A DNA stretch of 60,436 nt, counting the filler, from Diploschistes diacapsis (Eukaryota), in NCBI GenBank assembly GCA_023645945.1. It is 7 parts of 7 records of this genome, joined end to end, with 100 filler letters (N's around TTAATTAATTAA, not from the genome) between each part and the next. Parts side by side here need not be neighbours in the genome. Positions count along the whole stretch, not along the records: positions 10,858 to 16,170 come from JALAIB010001569.1; positions 16,271 to 44,221 come from JALAIB010000157.1; 5 more parts are not named here. One strand, 5' to 3'. The position numbers were made by a program, and so were the translations under genes. Shown here one piece after another: positions 12,000-24,872 of this stretch. How positions within the stretch are numbered: position 1 is the stretch's first letter; each line of letters starts with the position of its first letter. Below the pieces are notes generated by a model. That model searched no databases, was not told the origin of the DNA, and saw only the letters and a program-made list of their open reading frames with translations.

Positions 12000-14030
12000 T
12001 CTACGATCTTTTCGATCAGGATAGACGTGTTTTAAGATTATGTTTAGAATGTAACGCATCTGTTTAGTAAATTGGCGAATCTTCGCGTTGGCATCGGAAC
12101 TTCTTTTCTTCCCGTAAACTCGGAACGCTGGATAGTTATCGTTGTAGGCTTGTTTAAAAAATTAGCATCTTGATAAGGGTTAATAATGTTTTTAGGTTAT
12201 ATTGATCTATATCGTCGCTACGTTGTTATAGAGATCCTATTTTAGTCTATTTTTTAAATTCCCTGGCCCATTTACCGCAGCTTTTAGTAATGTAAATAAT
12301 TCTATAAAACGGTTTTAGTCGTCTTTTTTAACGAATATAATTTTAATCATCGAGTGGCGAGCAGTTTAATTATTCGCGAAGTTATTTGAGAGACCGTTAG
12401 CCTTATAATGTGCTGACTTTGTACGAAAAATATAATACGTACCTTTATAATTAAAAAAGGAAAGTTGTTTATATGAAAGACCCGATCGTCTGAACTGCGC
12501 TTAACGAGTTATTTTTTAGCAATATCTAGTCATAAAAAGACATATATAGACAACGGAAGGGGCACAATCCCTTTATTAAGAACGAATTTTACGATTAGGG
12601 TAACTTCGTCGATCAAACTTATTTTATTATGAGCGAACGAGACCCATTTAAGCATACGGAAATGCGAAAGTACTTCTCAAACGTTTTTGCCGATCGATCA
12701 CTTAGGGAACAAGAACCTTTAATTATCGGCGCAGTTAATAAATTAATAAAGTATATTGGAATTCGCGGAACCAGTTCTGAAGGGATAAATTTTATTTTAT
12801 GATTCAATTTAATAACGTTTGACGTGATAAAAATACTTGCCTTTGGTAAGGCCTTTAATGGTCTTGATGCTGGTATGATTATGTCTCTTTAAGCTTGTAT
12901 TGTAGTCGTTAGCTTATCCTGATCTTGTATAAAGACGGAGTATTTCTGGGTGAAGACCGTCCTAGAGAACATAGGCCAGACTAGCTTAAATAACACGCTA
13001 ACACGATTTCCCCGTTTGGGGTAAATCTGGATCTATTTTAATCCGGGTTGGTTAAAAAAGATGGCCGAAGGTGGCGTAAGGTATTAAAACTATACTTTAG
13101 AGCTTATTTAAAAGTATATCGGGTTATTTTATAATAATTAAGAGCTATAGCTGATCGCGATAGGCGTCTCGATGAAAAGATTGATCGCAAAGATTTCATG
13201 AGTTATTTCTTATAAGAAAAAGAAATAAAAAACTTTTCCTTGGTTTAATTAACTGTTTACGGATCTGATTTCGTATATACTTTATCCCGTTTTCCGTTGT
13301 GCAAGTATTGATATTTGATAAGATTGCGGGCAGCGAAATAACGGTTATAATATTAATAGTTGTTTCATATTTTATAAAACGGGATCCGAAGATCCTTTAT
13401 AAACTACGTGACGAGGTACGAAGCGCTTTTTAGAGTTACGATAAGATCAACGATATTTCTATCGGAAATTTTAAGTATTTATACGCTGTCTGTTTAAAGG
13501 TATTGCGTATCTATCTTCCGTTATCTTTTGTATTGCCGCGTGTCGTTCCGGCCGGAGGTGATACGGTTAATGGACAATTCATTCCCGGTGGGGTTAGTAT
13601 TTTATTATAATTTAGTATGGCCGTAAAATTTTAACGATAAGAAGATTATAGTCTTGATTAGTTTTATAGTTTTAAACATGTCTCGAAAGAACTTTATCGA
13701 CCTTTAGAAGTTTAAGCTAGAAAGATGGTTCGAATAAAATTCTTAAGATGTTTTAGAAGCGTATTAATTATTCTCGTACGGTATTAGAGCGTATTTCGGT
13801 CGTAAATAAATATTACACGTTATATATAATTATTTAAACTGATTTTAAGTCCGCTAGTTTTAGGTAACTCGAGTTTTATATTATCTTAACGAAACTATAT
13901 TAAAAGCTCGATATCTCGTTAATAAATGATTATATAGATTAATATCGGGAAGTATAAATGCAATTATTATAAAAGAAATCAAAAATCCGTATCCGGGTAA
14001 GGCCACGTCGTATATAAAAAGTTAATCCGT
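12000..14030 (+). pseudogene. RIP-degraded cytochrome P450 (approximate bounds)
   Basis: Relict motifs: FPGP (~12260), TFDV..LAFG.AF (~12815-12860), IAGSE[T]T (~13323), ExxR-like LKVLRIYLP (~13494), F.[P]ERW (~13710), FSYG.RA[C].GR (~13771); many TAA/TAG stops from C-to-T and G-to-A changes. Confidence 0.8.
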
Positions 14031-14459
14031 AAATTATATATTCGATATAATAATAATCTTCGGATAAATAAATCTTATATTTTCGTAAAATAATCCAATT
14101 TAAACGTATAATAACTTTAAAGATCTTCGTGGAACCTTCTTCAAGTTAAAAACTGTAATTGCTGGCATACACGCTTTAGATTATCGCTAAGATAGGTAAT
14201 GCCGGAGTATAATTAATTCGATTTAGAAATATCGAGTAATCTTCGTTGTTAAATAGTGTTATAGTTCCTCTGTCCGCGGTTTCTTAAGTTAAACCCATTT
14301 AAAAAAACGTTTTTATACTTCTTTCATCTATTTTTTACGTATAGTGATCTTGTTCGCCAAAAATATCTAGTTTTATCATTCGCGAGAAAGATATTCCTTT
14401 TTTTACTGATAAGGTTAGTTTTATTATTAATAAGCCCCCGTTATCTATCTTTCGTTTCT

Positions 14460-15650
14460 ATACCGTTACTTCCTATTAAATATTCTTAGCACGGTAATTG
14501 AAGCCCTCGTTTGATATAAACGGATCTTTCGGTATTGGTCTTATAATTATAAAGTTCTTCGTTTTGCGTAACGCCCGCGTGTACGTTTTAGACCGTAATC
14601 AGATCTCTATAAACGACTTCACGTCATCTAGGAACAACATTTCCTTTCACGTCTACGACATTATTGATTAATACGCCTTGCGAGGCGTTTTCGATATTAT
14701 TGATTATATCGATATTATCGTCGTTAACGCCGATATTTCGCAGGAGATAAACTATTTCGTTGATATCCTCGACGAGGCGGGCAAATTATAAGAACCGAAA
14801 TATAGCGTGCTCGACGTAAACATGCGCGTAACTATCAACGTTGTAAAACTTATGTTACGGGCCTTTCGGCAGCAATTTGGGTTAGGAAAAGTTGTTAAAA
14901 ATAATATAAATAATACCGAAAATTGTTCCGGTTAGGCGCTGCACGACGAAGAAAGTTTAATAATGACGTGTAACGTAACGGCGTATGCGTCGGAATTGGC
15001 GTTACCCGTGTATAGTACGTCGAAATTGGCGGTAAGTTATTTTATTTCTTTTTTTATTACGTTCTTTCAATTTTTTATAGTTTTTTTAAGTTTATTATTA
15101 AGGATGCAGCTTGAATGGTATTGTTTTTTTATATTATATTACTTTTTTTTTAAAGTTATTACTGATACGTTTTACGTTAGTAAATTGGCTTTATCCGCGC
15201 TTTCCGTTTCCAGTTCTCTTATTTATAGTACGGTAATAGCACGATTAACGGCGTAGTTTTAGCCGCAATTATCACGGCGTTCTTATTTATGGACCTTACG
15301 GGGCTTATTATGGCCGCCGGTTTGTTTGTTAGTAACGCGTATTACGTAATCCTCGTTATCGCGTATTCGGTTATTACTCGCCAGGACCGTTAGGTCGAGG
15401 GTTATAGTCGTGATCCGTCCGAACGGGTTATTGAACCGGGACGTTAAAACGGACGTATTATTCTTACGTTAGGCGAGTCTTGGACCGAAATTGAAAACCC
15501 GTTGATAGACGCCCGTATCTAGTGGATGGGTAAGTATGTTACGGAGATGACGGCTTTCTAATAATCGATGATTGATCCGAAGGGAGTGATCGCTGTAAAC
15601 GTTAGTGCGAAGACTAGTAACGAATGATATAATTTTACTGAATGTTTCTT
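14460..15650 (+). pseudogene. RIP-degraded short-chain dehydrogenase/reductase (approximate bounds)
   Basis: G.SFGIGL Rossmann relic (~14522), DIIVVNADI (NAG motif), LDVNMR..INVVKL, catalytic PVYSTSKLA (YxxxK) next to a GTAAGT intron, STINGV. Confidence 0.75.
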
Positions 15651-16170
15651 GCTTGATTAAACGGAACTCCATTCGACTGAACGCGAAGTGCTAGGACCGG
15701 CTAATTTTTATAAAATCAGAAATCCGATATTGTTTTTGGCTAATATATTAATAATAAGAACCTATGGTGGGTTGGTTATGAAATGATGTGAAGTCGGTAT
15801 AAACTTAGTAGTATATAAGAGAATCTTAAGATCTTTAAAGGGTAGTGTATTGATTCGCGTAATATATCTTAAAGAGCAACTTTTAAAAAGCGCGTTACAT
15901 AACAAATAAACTAAATCCCTATAATTAAAGTATTATGGATTTGGGTAGGGTGGCCGGTAGGTCTTATTTTACTTACTATACACATAAATTACCTGATAAG
16001 TACCATAATTCTCGAGATATTTTCTCAGTCATATTAATCTATATATAGCCATAAATATTTATAAAACTAATTTTTTTCTTAACCATATTTTTTTATTTAA
16101 CGTATCGATTATATATTTTTTTTATAACTTTTAATCTTAATATTCTAACTTTTTCTTAAATGCGATAAAG

Positions 16171-16270
16171 NNNNNNNNNNNNNNNNNNNNNNNNNNNNNN
16201 NNNNNNNNNNNNNNTTAATTAATTAANNNNNNNNNNNNNNNNNNNNNNNNNNNNNNNNNNNNNNNNNNNN
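16171..16270. other. Artificial contig linker
   Basis: N44-TTAATTAATTAA-N44. Confidence 0.99.
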
Positions 16271-18339
16271 GCGTTAATTGGAGCCAGTAATGAGAGTGGC
16301 ATGATAGAAAGGGGAGCTCCCCAGTTTCGTTGATGCCATCATCGTTTCACGGTAACAATTAGCGTCGTCCATGTTGGCTTCTCAAGATAGAAGTGGGAAT
16401 GTAGGAGGAGAAGATTGGATGAAGGCGGGTAGAGACTTGCTCTATCAACTTTTCGTCGTACCAAAGGCAGAGAGATGATCTGAAAGTTCTTGAACCTTGC
16501 GTTCGTCTTTTATGAAGCTCGGCTTGTCTCCCGTCGCCATGGTGGAGAGAGGATCGAAAAATGACATATCTCGCATTCCTTGTACTGGACTCATTCAGGT
16601 CCGTCACCAGCAGGTACTTGAACCCCCTATCTTTTCTTTATAGAAACCCATGACGCATTGTATGATGGAGTGGAACTTGCTGAATAACGCTATCTGGAGC
16701 TGTGCTGCCTTGACGACAGATTCGGATCATTAGTAAGGATTCTAAAGATGTATAGTCTATTCAGTATAGCAAAGTCACGTGACTTCAGTAGGGTTTTGTC
16801 TTCAGCTAGTTGCTAACGGGTTAGATAAGACTTCATACTAAAGAGTAAGAAAGTCGACAAGCTACCGTGATGCATGATGAAGAGTACCATGATAAGTCTC
16901 AATGTAATATACCAGAGGCGAGAATACTTGATAAAGACACGTTCAGAAGGTCAACGTCCCAAGGTTGTATCCGCCCATGCCAAAAGCGGTAGCTCGTTCA
17001 ATTGAGTAGAGGATGAGGGCCAAATCGACTTATTTCAGCCTACTCAATACACTAGAAAATAGAGATCAGTAAATTGATTCTCCCCCTATTTAGGTTTGGC
17101 ACTCGAGACCAATCATGACTGTTAAGCGTTTATTTGACAAAGTCCCATCTTCAATTTCTGTCCTCCCTTGAGTTTTTCCAATTATCGATACTATGCTTTT
17201 GAGAACCAGTCATCCATATGAGAATCCTAATTATCCGACTCCCAAGGTTTTTAACATTTGTGGCCACCACTGATGCTAACTGCGTTGGCCATAACCTGCT
17301 GGTCTGCTTTAAGAGAACGGAGCCTGGTACATTGCACTATCAAAGCATCTGCGCAGATGTTCTCTTGAAAATCAGCACTGCAAGCTTACGCTCTAGCTGA
17401 AGGATAGGTTTTTTATACTTGATCATCAAACAAGCCAATCCATGTCTCGGAAGCATGATTAAACAGGTGAAACCAGCCCAGCATACCTTCCTGTATGACT
17501 TTAACATCATGCTGACACAGGCAGCACTTGGGAACGACGCATTGTACGAGGTAACTGTGTGATAGAATTGCAAGCTGGTTATACGCTTCGGTCAAGTCCT
17601 ACAATAACGAATTCGGGTTACAGTAGCTCAGAAACTGGGGTGTAAGCTCACCTCGACTTTGAAACATTCTTTGCCAAAACCCAATAATCTTGGATTAGAG
17701 CTATGCCGATCCATCTCCCATAATTTGAGATACATCAACCTGGCTTCACCTGTCAAGCCCAGTTTCCCAACCAGCTGCTCCTTCCATCCCTTGTTCTCTT
17801 TCATAGTACTTGTGCGTCGCAAAGTTCTACCCTGTCAACTCTGCGCTTTGTATCGTATTGCGCAGTGTTGCTTTGCGCTTCGCGTTGAGCAAGCATCAGT
17901 ACACTCTCGTCAAACACTGATCTCGCGAAATTTCGGTGTCTGATGGGCACGAAGTTGCAAATGTAAATGGACGAATTCGTTTCAGCTTAAATAAAGTGAT
18001 CCCATTAAAACGGTGAGAAAGGATTTAAAACCAGAACAATGTGATTCTTAAACACTACAATCTTGTGCCAGCCGCAAAACACTGCCTCACATCGGCCATC
18101 ATCCTTCCCAAACTCATTGTTGAGCGTAAGAATCAACGAGCACTTCAACGCTGTTGGAAACTTTGCAAGCAGAATCAATCCTATGATAGCAACACAAGCC
18201 CAGCAGTCTCGCGCCTTCTTCTTATCAACTCGCTGAAACCAATGACACCTCGGTCAGCTTCCTCGTGCAGGAACGCTGGGTTTGAAGCTGTCAGATTCAG
18301 AGGGTCGCGAGGCTTGATGTGAGCAGGGATTGCAAACCG

Positions 18340-20168
18340 CTACTGTAACGTTCTCTTCTTCTTAGACTTGGTAGACTCAGTCCCTATCGTTGTATCGGGG
18401 GTGATTGGCTGAACGCTTGGTTGGCGGCTTGGTTGGCGGCTTGGTTGGCTGTGTGGTACCACTTGTTCATCTTCTAGGCCGTAGCTTTCAAACCGTTGAG
18501 ATAATTCTGAGCGTGAAGAGGCCGATTCGGGTCCTTGTTCAGGGACATCAAAGTTCAAATCAGCTGGTAGCATGTCGATTATGTCGCAGATTCTTGTAAA
18601 GTGCTTCGGAAGCCAAAAATCGTAAATGTTCCGGACAAAAGCATATGCTGTCCACCTCTCCTTCCCATTCAACTCCGTGAAATCAAATTTGCGGATTGGA
18701 TGACGGTAATACTTAACATCGTCTCCATCAACGACGGCGTAATGGCCCCAAATTCTCACATCGACATCGCTGTGAGATATTGAAAAGCCATTTATTTCTC
18801 GATGTAGCTCCTTCTCTCGGCCCACTAGACGGAAGAGTGTGTACAAACCACGTAAGATGACAGATTGAGTGTGAGCGTTTTGTCGATCGGCAATGTCAAG
18901 TGCAGCTGCTCCACATTTAACTTCGGCAGAGAAGAACGGCAAGTACATGTTATATGTGGCCGCAATCAAGGTAGAATCAGTGAGTAGATCGCCGATGAAA
19001 GGCTGTAGCTTCTGAAGCCGTTCTCGACTAAAGGCATCTCTCTTGAAACCAAGACCAAAATCTGGCTGGGGCCGGGGACCAGGACGCGAACCTGGGGGTT
19101 TCATGAAACTGATAGAGTTGACCCAACATGCGTTGACGGTCTCTCTAAGAATCTCTAAGTGTTTAGCCCCCCTGTCGGCTAAAATCTCTGCTGAAGGCAC
19201 AATGAGGGGTGCAATATCGCGAACCACTTTGGTCTCATTTTCGCCTCTGATTCTTTTGCATGTCTTCATGAATAGATCATCCTTAGAGAAGAGGGTATGT
19301 TCCGGTGGCGAATGCGTCCCTCCGAGGAGTGTTTGGCAGAGCTTTTCGCTTTCAGCGTTAATGCCTTCCGCATGATCATCCATGAAACTGCCACAGTCCT
19401 TCAGTTGTTCTTCAAACAATGGATGCTTGTATGGGGCACTCTTTTGATCCCGAGGTTGTTGGTTGCTGGAAGTTTGTGTCTGGTTTGTTTCCGAATTGAT
19501 GCTGCCGTTTGAGCGTTTACGGCTCTGCGAGCGTCTTTTTGCACGCGCGTCGTCAACAAGTTCTCGAAAACGACGCATTGTTGTCTCTTGTTCTTCTGTC
19601 GGCCAGGTGCCTCTCTCTCTCCAGAACTCAATCCGAGCCTCCCCAATTGTCTTCTGAGTAGGAGCTGCTGATGTTCGCCTTCGTTTATGTGACGACTCAG
19701 GCGATACGCAAGAGGAATGGACTTCGTCTTCTTGATGCCGTTTCCTCTTGGCCTGCTTCGTGCGGGGAGGGTTTTCGGTTCGTAGACGCTTTCCGGGTCG
19801 TTCGGTTGCTGTATGGTTCTCAGTGTTCCGACTGCGCCTCTTTCTCTTAAGGGCTCGTGAATGGGGTTGTTCAGGATTCGAGAAATTCTTTGCCATATTA
19901 GATCTGAGGTTGACAAAACTTAGAGCCAACATACCTCCTGCTTTGGTGAGGATCGAGTTTTCAGTATGGTGTCCGTCCGAGGTTTGGAGCTCTTCTCAGC
20001 CGCTGCTCGTATACGATCACTGCGTCTCGTAGTTTTGCTAATAGCCTGGGCTGCGAAAGTCAGAATGGTTGCGCGGCACGGCAGGAGTTGCGACGACATA
20101 CCCTCCTTTCTTTGGGCTGGCATACGGCGCCTCTTCTGAGCGGCTGGGGGTGATGAACAACTGGCCAT
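18340..20168 (-). CDS. Fungal DUF7924-type protein (possibly PD-(D/E)XK-like fold) with a basic disordered N-terminus; exons 20168-20102, 20050-19935, 19887-18340
   Basis: PRPQPDFGLGF..AFS, YLPFFSAEVKCG..LDIADRQNAH, FSISH..VRIWGHY, YYRHPI, W.AY.FVRNIYD; two GTATGT..AG introns keep the frame; KRKRR-type NLS-like clusters. Confidence 0.75.
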
Positions 20169-20905
20169 GGTGAAAAGGAATCGCGGGATCAAAGCGCTTA
20201 TATGTTGCCGCCGAGTTTGAGGTCGAGGGTTTGCTAGTGTGGGGAGTCAGAATGCGAGTCGACAGGCAGCTGGCGGAAACGCAAAGCAAAGCAAAGCGAA
20301 ACGCGCTAGTCCCAATACATTTCCGTGAACGTCTACCTCCTCCGACTACCACTTTTGGTGCCGCATCGTCAGTCATCTCAACAAAAAGCTCGACATATTA
20401 ATAATACTTGGCTTGCTCAGGCTTGCTCGGGGTGCCAAGACCTGATCAGTCTTGCACAGCCACAAGCTCACGTTACTTAGTCATTTGCTCATGGTGCACT
20501 TTTTTACTAATGTACCAAACTGCCCGCAGTAAAATACTAGGAACTTCAAGGTCTTGCCGGCGGTGAGCTCGACAGCCAGACCAATGTGACTCCGATTGGG
20601 ATGCGCATTCAAGCCACATTGCAGCCCGCCTGGGCACTGCTATCATTGGACTCTCTAAATATCCGGCTGAGCACCCATTTGAGCCACCTCGAGATGGGAA
20701 TATTACGCTCCCTTACCATCCCAGAGCCATGGGCAGAGGCGAGCGGATTAGATGCAGCGCGTACACTCGCTCGAGCGCGGCTGGAACCAAGTACTCTGCT
20801 GGATGGATATCTGGACAGGATCGCATGAAAGTTACAAACAAAATAAAAAGTAAAAAGGATTCCGAAATAGCAAAAACCCATCACCCATTGTGGGCCCTGG
20901 AGGAG

Positions 20906-21012
20906 GGCCCTCGGTGCGGTTCGAACCCACAGGTTGTTGACAGCGCATATGTACATTTCGTCCTGAATATTACTTCGAGCAACACCGCCTTCGGCCATCT
21001 AGGTGATAAGGA
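20906..21012 (-). pseudogene. tRNA-like pseudogene (CGA-type anticodon loop with an intron-like insert)
   Basis: Minus strand: D-arm-like TAGATGGCCGAAGGCG, stem TGTTG/CAACA around CTCGAAG plus an insert, T-arm GTGGGTTCGAACCGCAC; the acceptor stem pairs poorly. Confidence 0.45.
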
Positions 21013-21289
21013 AATCTTAACGATTGAATTTATAACTTGGACAGCGATAGCGGCGGAATGGCGGAAGGGAGTGGAGCAGCGGGATTAGCTATACCCGGAG
21101 ACGGGGACAGCTGCTGACACCCCCATAATCTAATCTAGCTGACTGTCACCATATCGGATCTTGTTTTTAAAACCTTGCTATCAACAAGCACCAATCGTTG
21201 AAAGTTCATCGTTAAGTTACCTACACACGATCCTTAAGAACCGGGAATCGAAGATATTGATTCGACGTCTTAGTTGGTAACGATCTATC

Positions 21290-22400
21290 TAAGCCAGAAC
21301 ATACTCGATGACCCTTATCCTGCAGATTCAAGGTACAGTTGTACAGCTTGGCCATCTTCAGGCTTGTACTACTGATTGTGCGTGCGCTCCAGCGACACAT
21401 AAGCATTCATTATATGAATATCAAGCTGAGTTGTTTGCCAATGAGCACCTTTTTCGGAACCATCATATCATCAATAAGGACTGCCGAGTCCGGAGACATT
21501 GCCGCCGCAAGGTTCCTGGGAATGATGATAGCCTTTTCATCAGAATAGTCATGAATGATGTTGCGCAGGTAGTAGAGCTTTGCTCCTATGTGCTGTCAGC
21601 TTACTATTTCACGCTTTGAAATCCTAAAGAACTGACCTTTGATGGGTTGTCGCTGCCAGAATCATAACCTGAAAGCTCTACACCAGGATGATTCGTAGCA
21701 CGCTTAAGCACAGCTAGCATGTCCTATACCATAAACGGATTCTTCAGATCTGGGACCCTTTCATGAAGCACAATCGCCTGATGACCGAATCCTCCACCAA
21801 CGTCCATGAAGAGTGGTCGCTCAGGGTCCAAGCCTTGCGCCGCCTCTTTATAGGGATAGAAATTGAGCCACGCCGGCATGCCCGTCCGCTGTGCTACCAT
21901 CTATTGGTAGAAATAGTGAAGGAGCTCTGGCTTGGTCGACCACCAAAGGAAAGCAGGAAGATCAGTCTTCCAACCTTTCTGAAGAGCGGTGCGTGCTGGA
22001 TCGCTGAATTCCTGGTACTTGATCTCCTTGAGGAAGTCGGTAAAGCCTGAACCGCTGGTCCCATGGCATCAAAGCTACAAGGGTCAGCATTCGATGCTGT
22101 GTGCCCATATCAATTTATTAGTGGTGAACACCCCCTTGGAAACCCCCAATCGCCAAGCATTAGTCACGTGGTTGGCTGTGAATATGTCGTCGTCTGTTTC
22201 CTTGATATCACCAATGGATGCAAGGTGCCGCAGGATACGACCTGATCATAGCCTCAGAGCGGCACAAGGTCCTTGCCGGATGGAGTCGCTCAGAAGCAAT
22301 GGAGCTGCTCCAGTCCTCTCGGAGAGTTCTTCGACCGTAAGAGGTGTCTTGAATCAACGACGATGTTGAACAACTTCAACTATTTGACGATGAGGATGTG
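21290..22400 (-). pseudogene. SAM-dependent O-methyltransferase (OmtA/COMT type) pseudogene
   Basis: RPLFMDVGGGFGHQA, YDFWQRQPIKG|AKLYYLRNIIHDYSD, SAVLIDDM; internal TAG stops and frameshifts. Confidence 0.85.
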
Positions 22401-22627
22401 CATGAACGTATCGATTCTCAGAAGCCAGCAGGTATGTCGCTTCCCCTTGATTCGATCCCGATTGGTGCTCCAGCACTCGGTGACTGGCCCTACACGACAC
22501 CAGTCTGCTCATGCAGCATGGATAAGCAATGGGAAATGTGGTGTTTACATCATTCGGGTCCAGAAAACAAACTTTAATTTGTTGGAAACAAACGATCCTT
22601 GAGCTTGCATTGCCCATGGCGCTCTCG

Positions 22628-23300
22628 TTACTTCGTCAGCTCGATTCTCTTTACAGCTGCGCTTCCTATTACACCCAGACCTGCAATATTCATCTTGAAT
22701 ATCCACATTTTGTTGAATGTCGATACGATCACTTGATGGACGACGGCCTGAGATGGAGGATTTAAATGTTGGATTGCAATCGTTGCTGAGATGGCGTTAC
22801 CTGCCCGCAGCTTGGTTACCAAGTCGGGCGGGAGAGCGACTGATACGAAGCTCTGAGTCTCTTGTTGGACGTGAGTCTGGAACACGATCTGGCCAACCAT
22901 GGTGCTGACCATCTGACTGAAGGTCCGGAGAAACTGGTATGTGGAGCTGCCTGTCGCGACGTCCTTCTACTCAATCTGCGCCCGAAAGGCGATCAGTGGA
23001 GCCTGATAAGTTAGCCCCTGGCCCAGCCCCAGGAGTATCTGCAGTGTGATGATGAGAGCTCAGTTTAGATACGACTGCGGTGCGATCATTGTCGCAGAAC
23101 CGACGACCAAGGCCAAGGCCCCAAATCGAATGCAACTTAGATATCTGCCTGTCCGCTTAGTGATATGCTCGACTATGGCAAGAGAGGGACTTAGTAAAAG
23201 GACGAATAGGAATAAATAGACCCCAGACATCAGAGGTGAGACGCCAAAGATGAGCTGGTAATACAAAAAGCAGGAAATACTTGGCTCCAGAGTTGATCAT
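22628..23300 (-). pseudogene. 5'-truncated MFS efflux transporter fragment
   Basis: YYQLIFGVSPLMSGVYL..KRTGRY and the C-terminal VGQIVFQ..FNKMWIF..IAGLG segments typical of 14-TM fungal MFS pumps; frames broken. Confidence 0.7.
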
Positions 23301-23829
23301 GACTGGTAGATGTTCACACTGAGCGTTGCGTCATCGATCAACTCTCTTGAGCGATTCAACGGCCTCCTGGCTGCTGCTATGCGTGTCGGCAGGTCTCAAT
23401 GACTCCATGACCGTCGATAGCTTCCCTCACACGCCGGCAAGTGACATTTGCCTGAGAAGTTAGTATCTCTGCATAGATATTGGCTGTCTCCAGGATTCTG
23501 CGCGTGCAGGGCGGTAACTGATCAAGACAAGCATCATCTAGTAACAGCTGTATGTGGACTTTCGGTCTATCTTATCCTTGGCTTGCTAGCCGATTCGAGG
23601 GACTCGGAAGAACAGGCATTTGTAACTCCTTCGAAGCGGACCAACCTTAGAGGTAGCAGACCTCGTTCACAAAGTTAAGACGATTCATTGGCGAATTCAA
23701 GGACAGCACAGCTGGCGTAAATGCCGAAGTGGGTCGTAAAGTCGGCACTCAAATCGATTAACGTCTAATACATATCGATCATGGTACAAAGCTTCCATGC
23801 CCAAGCATGTCGAGAACTCGCTGTATGTT

Positions 23830-24872
23830 GATAGCTTTCAGCGTCCTGACCTTATTTGCCTAAAGCAGCCTCGATGTTGTTCGACAAGCCAGTATCCGCA
23901 ACCGTTGGCCAGATGATATCGAATCGCTTCACGGCCTTCTCACCCAGCGGCCTTGCTTTGACACACGAGTGCAAAGTCTCCTTGAACTGCTTTATCGAGC
24001 TAGCACCGATGATGACTCTATCTCCATGCTCAGGACTAATATGCTATGGTAGACTACCCAGCGATAAGCGAGTGCAGCACGAGTCACCCCTTCGTCTTCG
24101 GCGATCTTGCCCCATTCCTCCAGAGCCTTGAAGTTAGTTTCGTGGTTGTACAGCTTATCGTACAAGCCCCATGCGATGTCTTTGCTGAAACGTCCTTGAC
24201 CGTCTTGAACATAAGCTTTGGTCTTTACGAGGAAGCCACCGGCTAGCGGAGAGTACACATTGACGGCGATGCCCAACTCTCGGAGTAGAGAGAAAAGCCA
24301 TTCTTCACAAGAGCGATTCACTGGACTATACAACCCCTGAAAGACAATGGGTAAGACGTATCCTTTAGCCTTGGCAATATTGTATATTTCTTGCACTTGC
24401 TCGGCGCTGCCAAACTATCAGAGATGCTCTAATCGAAGGGTCGCAACTTACCTGTAATTGCTCAGATCAAACTTCTCACAGTACCCAACCGATATGCCTC
24501 ATCCATACCTGCTAGAATATCCTCAACCTGTGCGTCCTTGGGTGGATCGGGGATGTGGAGAATCCGAACTTTCTTCACACCAAGCTTCTCCAATGAGTCT
24601 TTGGCATGCTCAACAACCGGCTTTGGATCAAAAATTGGAATTGGAGACCAGCCTCCAGGCCATTTGGTATCGATGATAAGCCATGTTCCGTTCCGGCTTT
24701 GATGTTCCCTAGAGTGTCTTCGGATTTCCTACACAAGCGTGCCGCATCGAGCTGGTCAACACCGTATTTCTTCAGTACTTCGAGGGCTTCGATATTAGAT
24801 TCTGGGCTTTCGAACTGGGGGATAATTGCTAGTTAAGGCTGCACCAAAGATCACTGCGACATGGTTCGCCAT
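23830..24872 (-). pseudogene. Aldo-keto reductase (aflatoxin-aldehyde-reductase/AKR7-like) pseudogene
   Basis: VIFGA, LDAARLC.KSE..LG, FIIDTK, YVLPIVFQGLYSPVNR, LGIAVNVYSPLAGGFL, ALAYRWVVYHS; several frameshifts. Confidence 0.85.
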
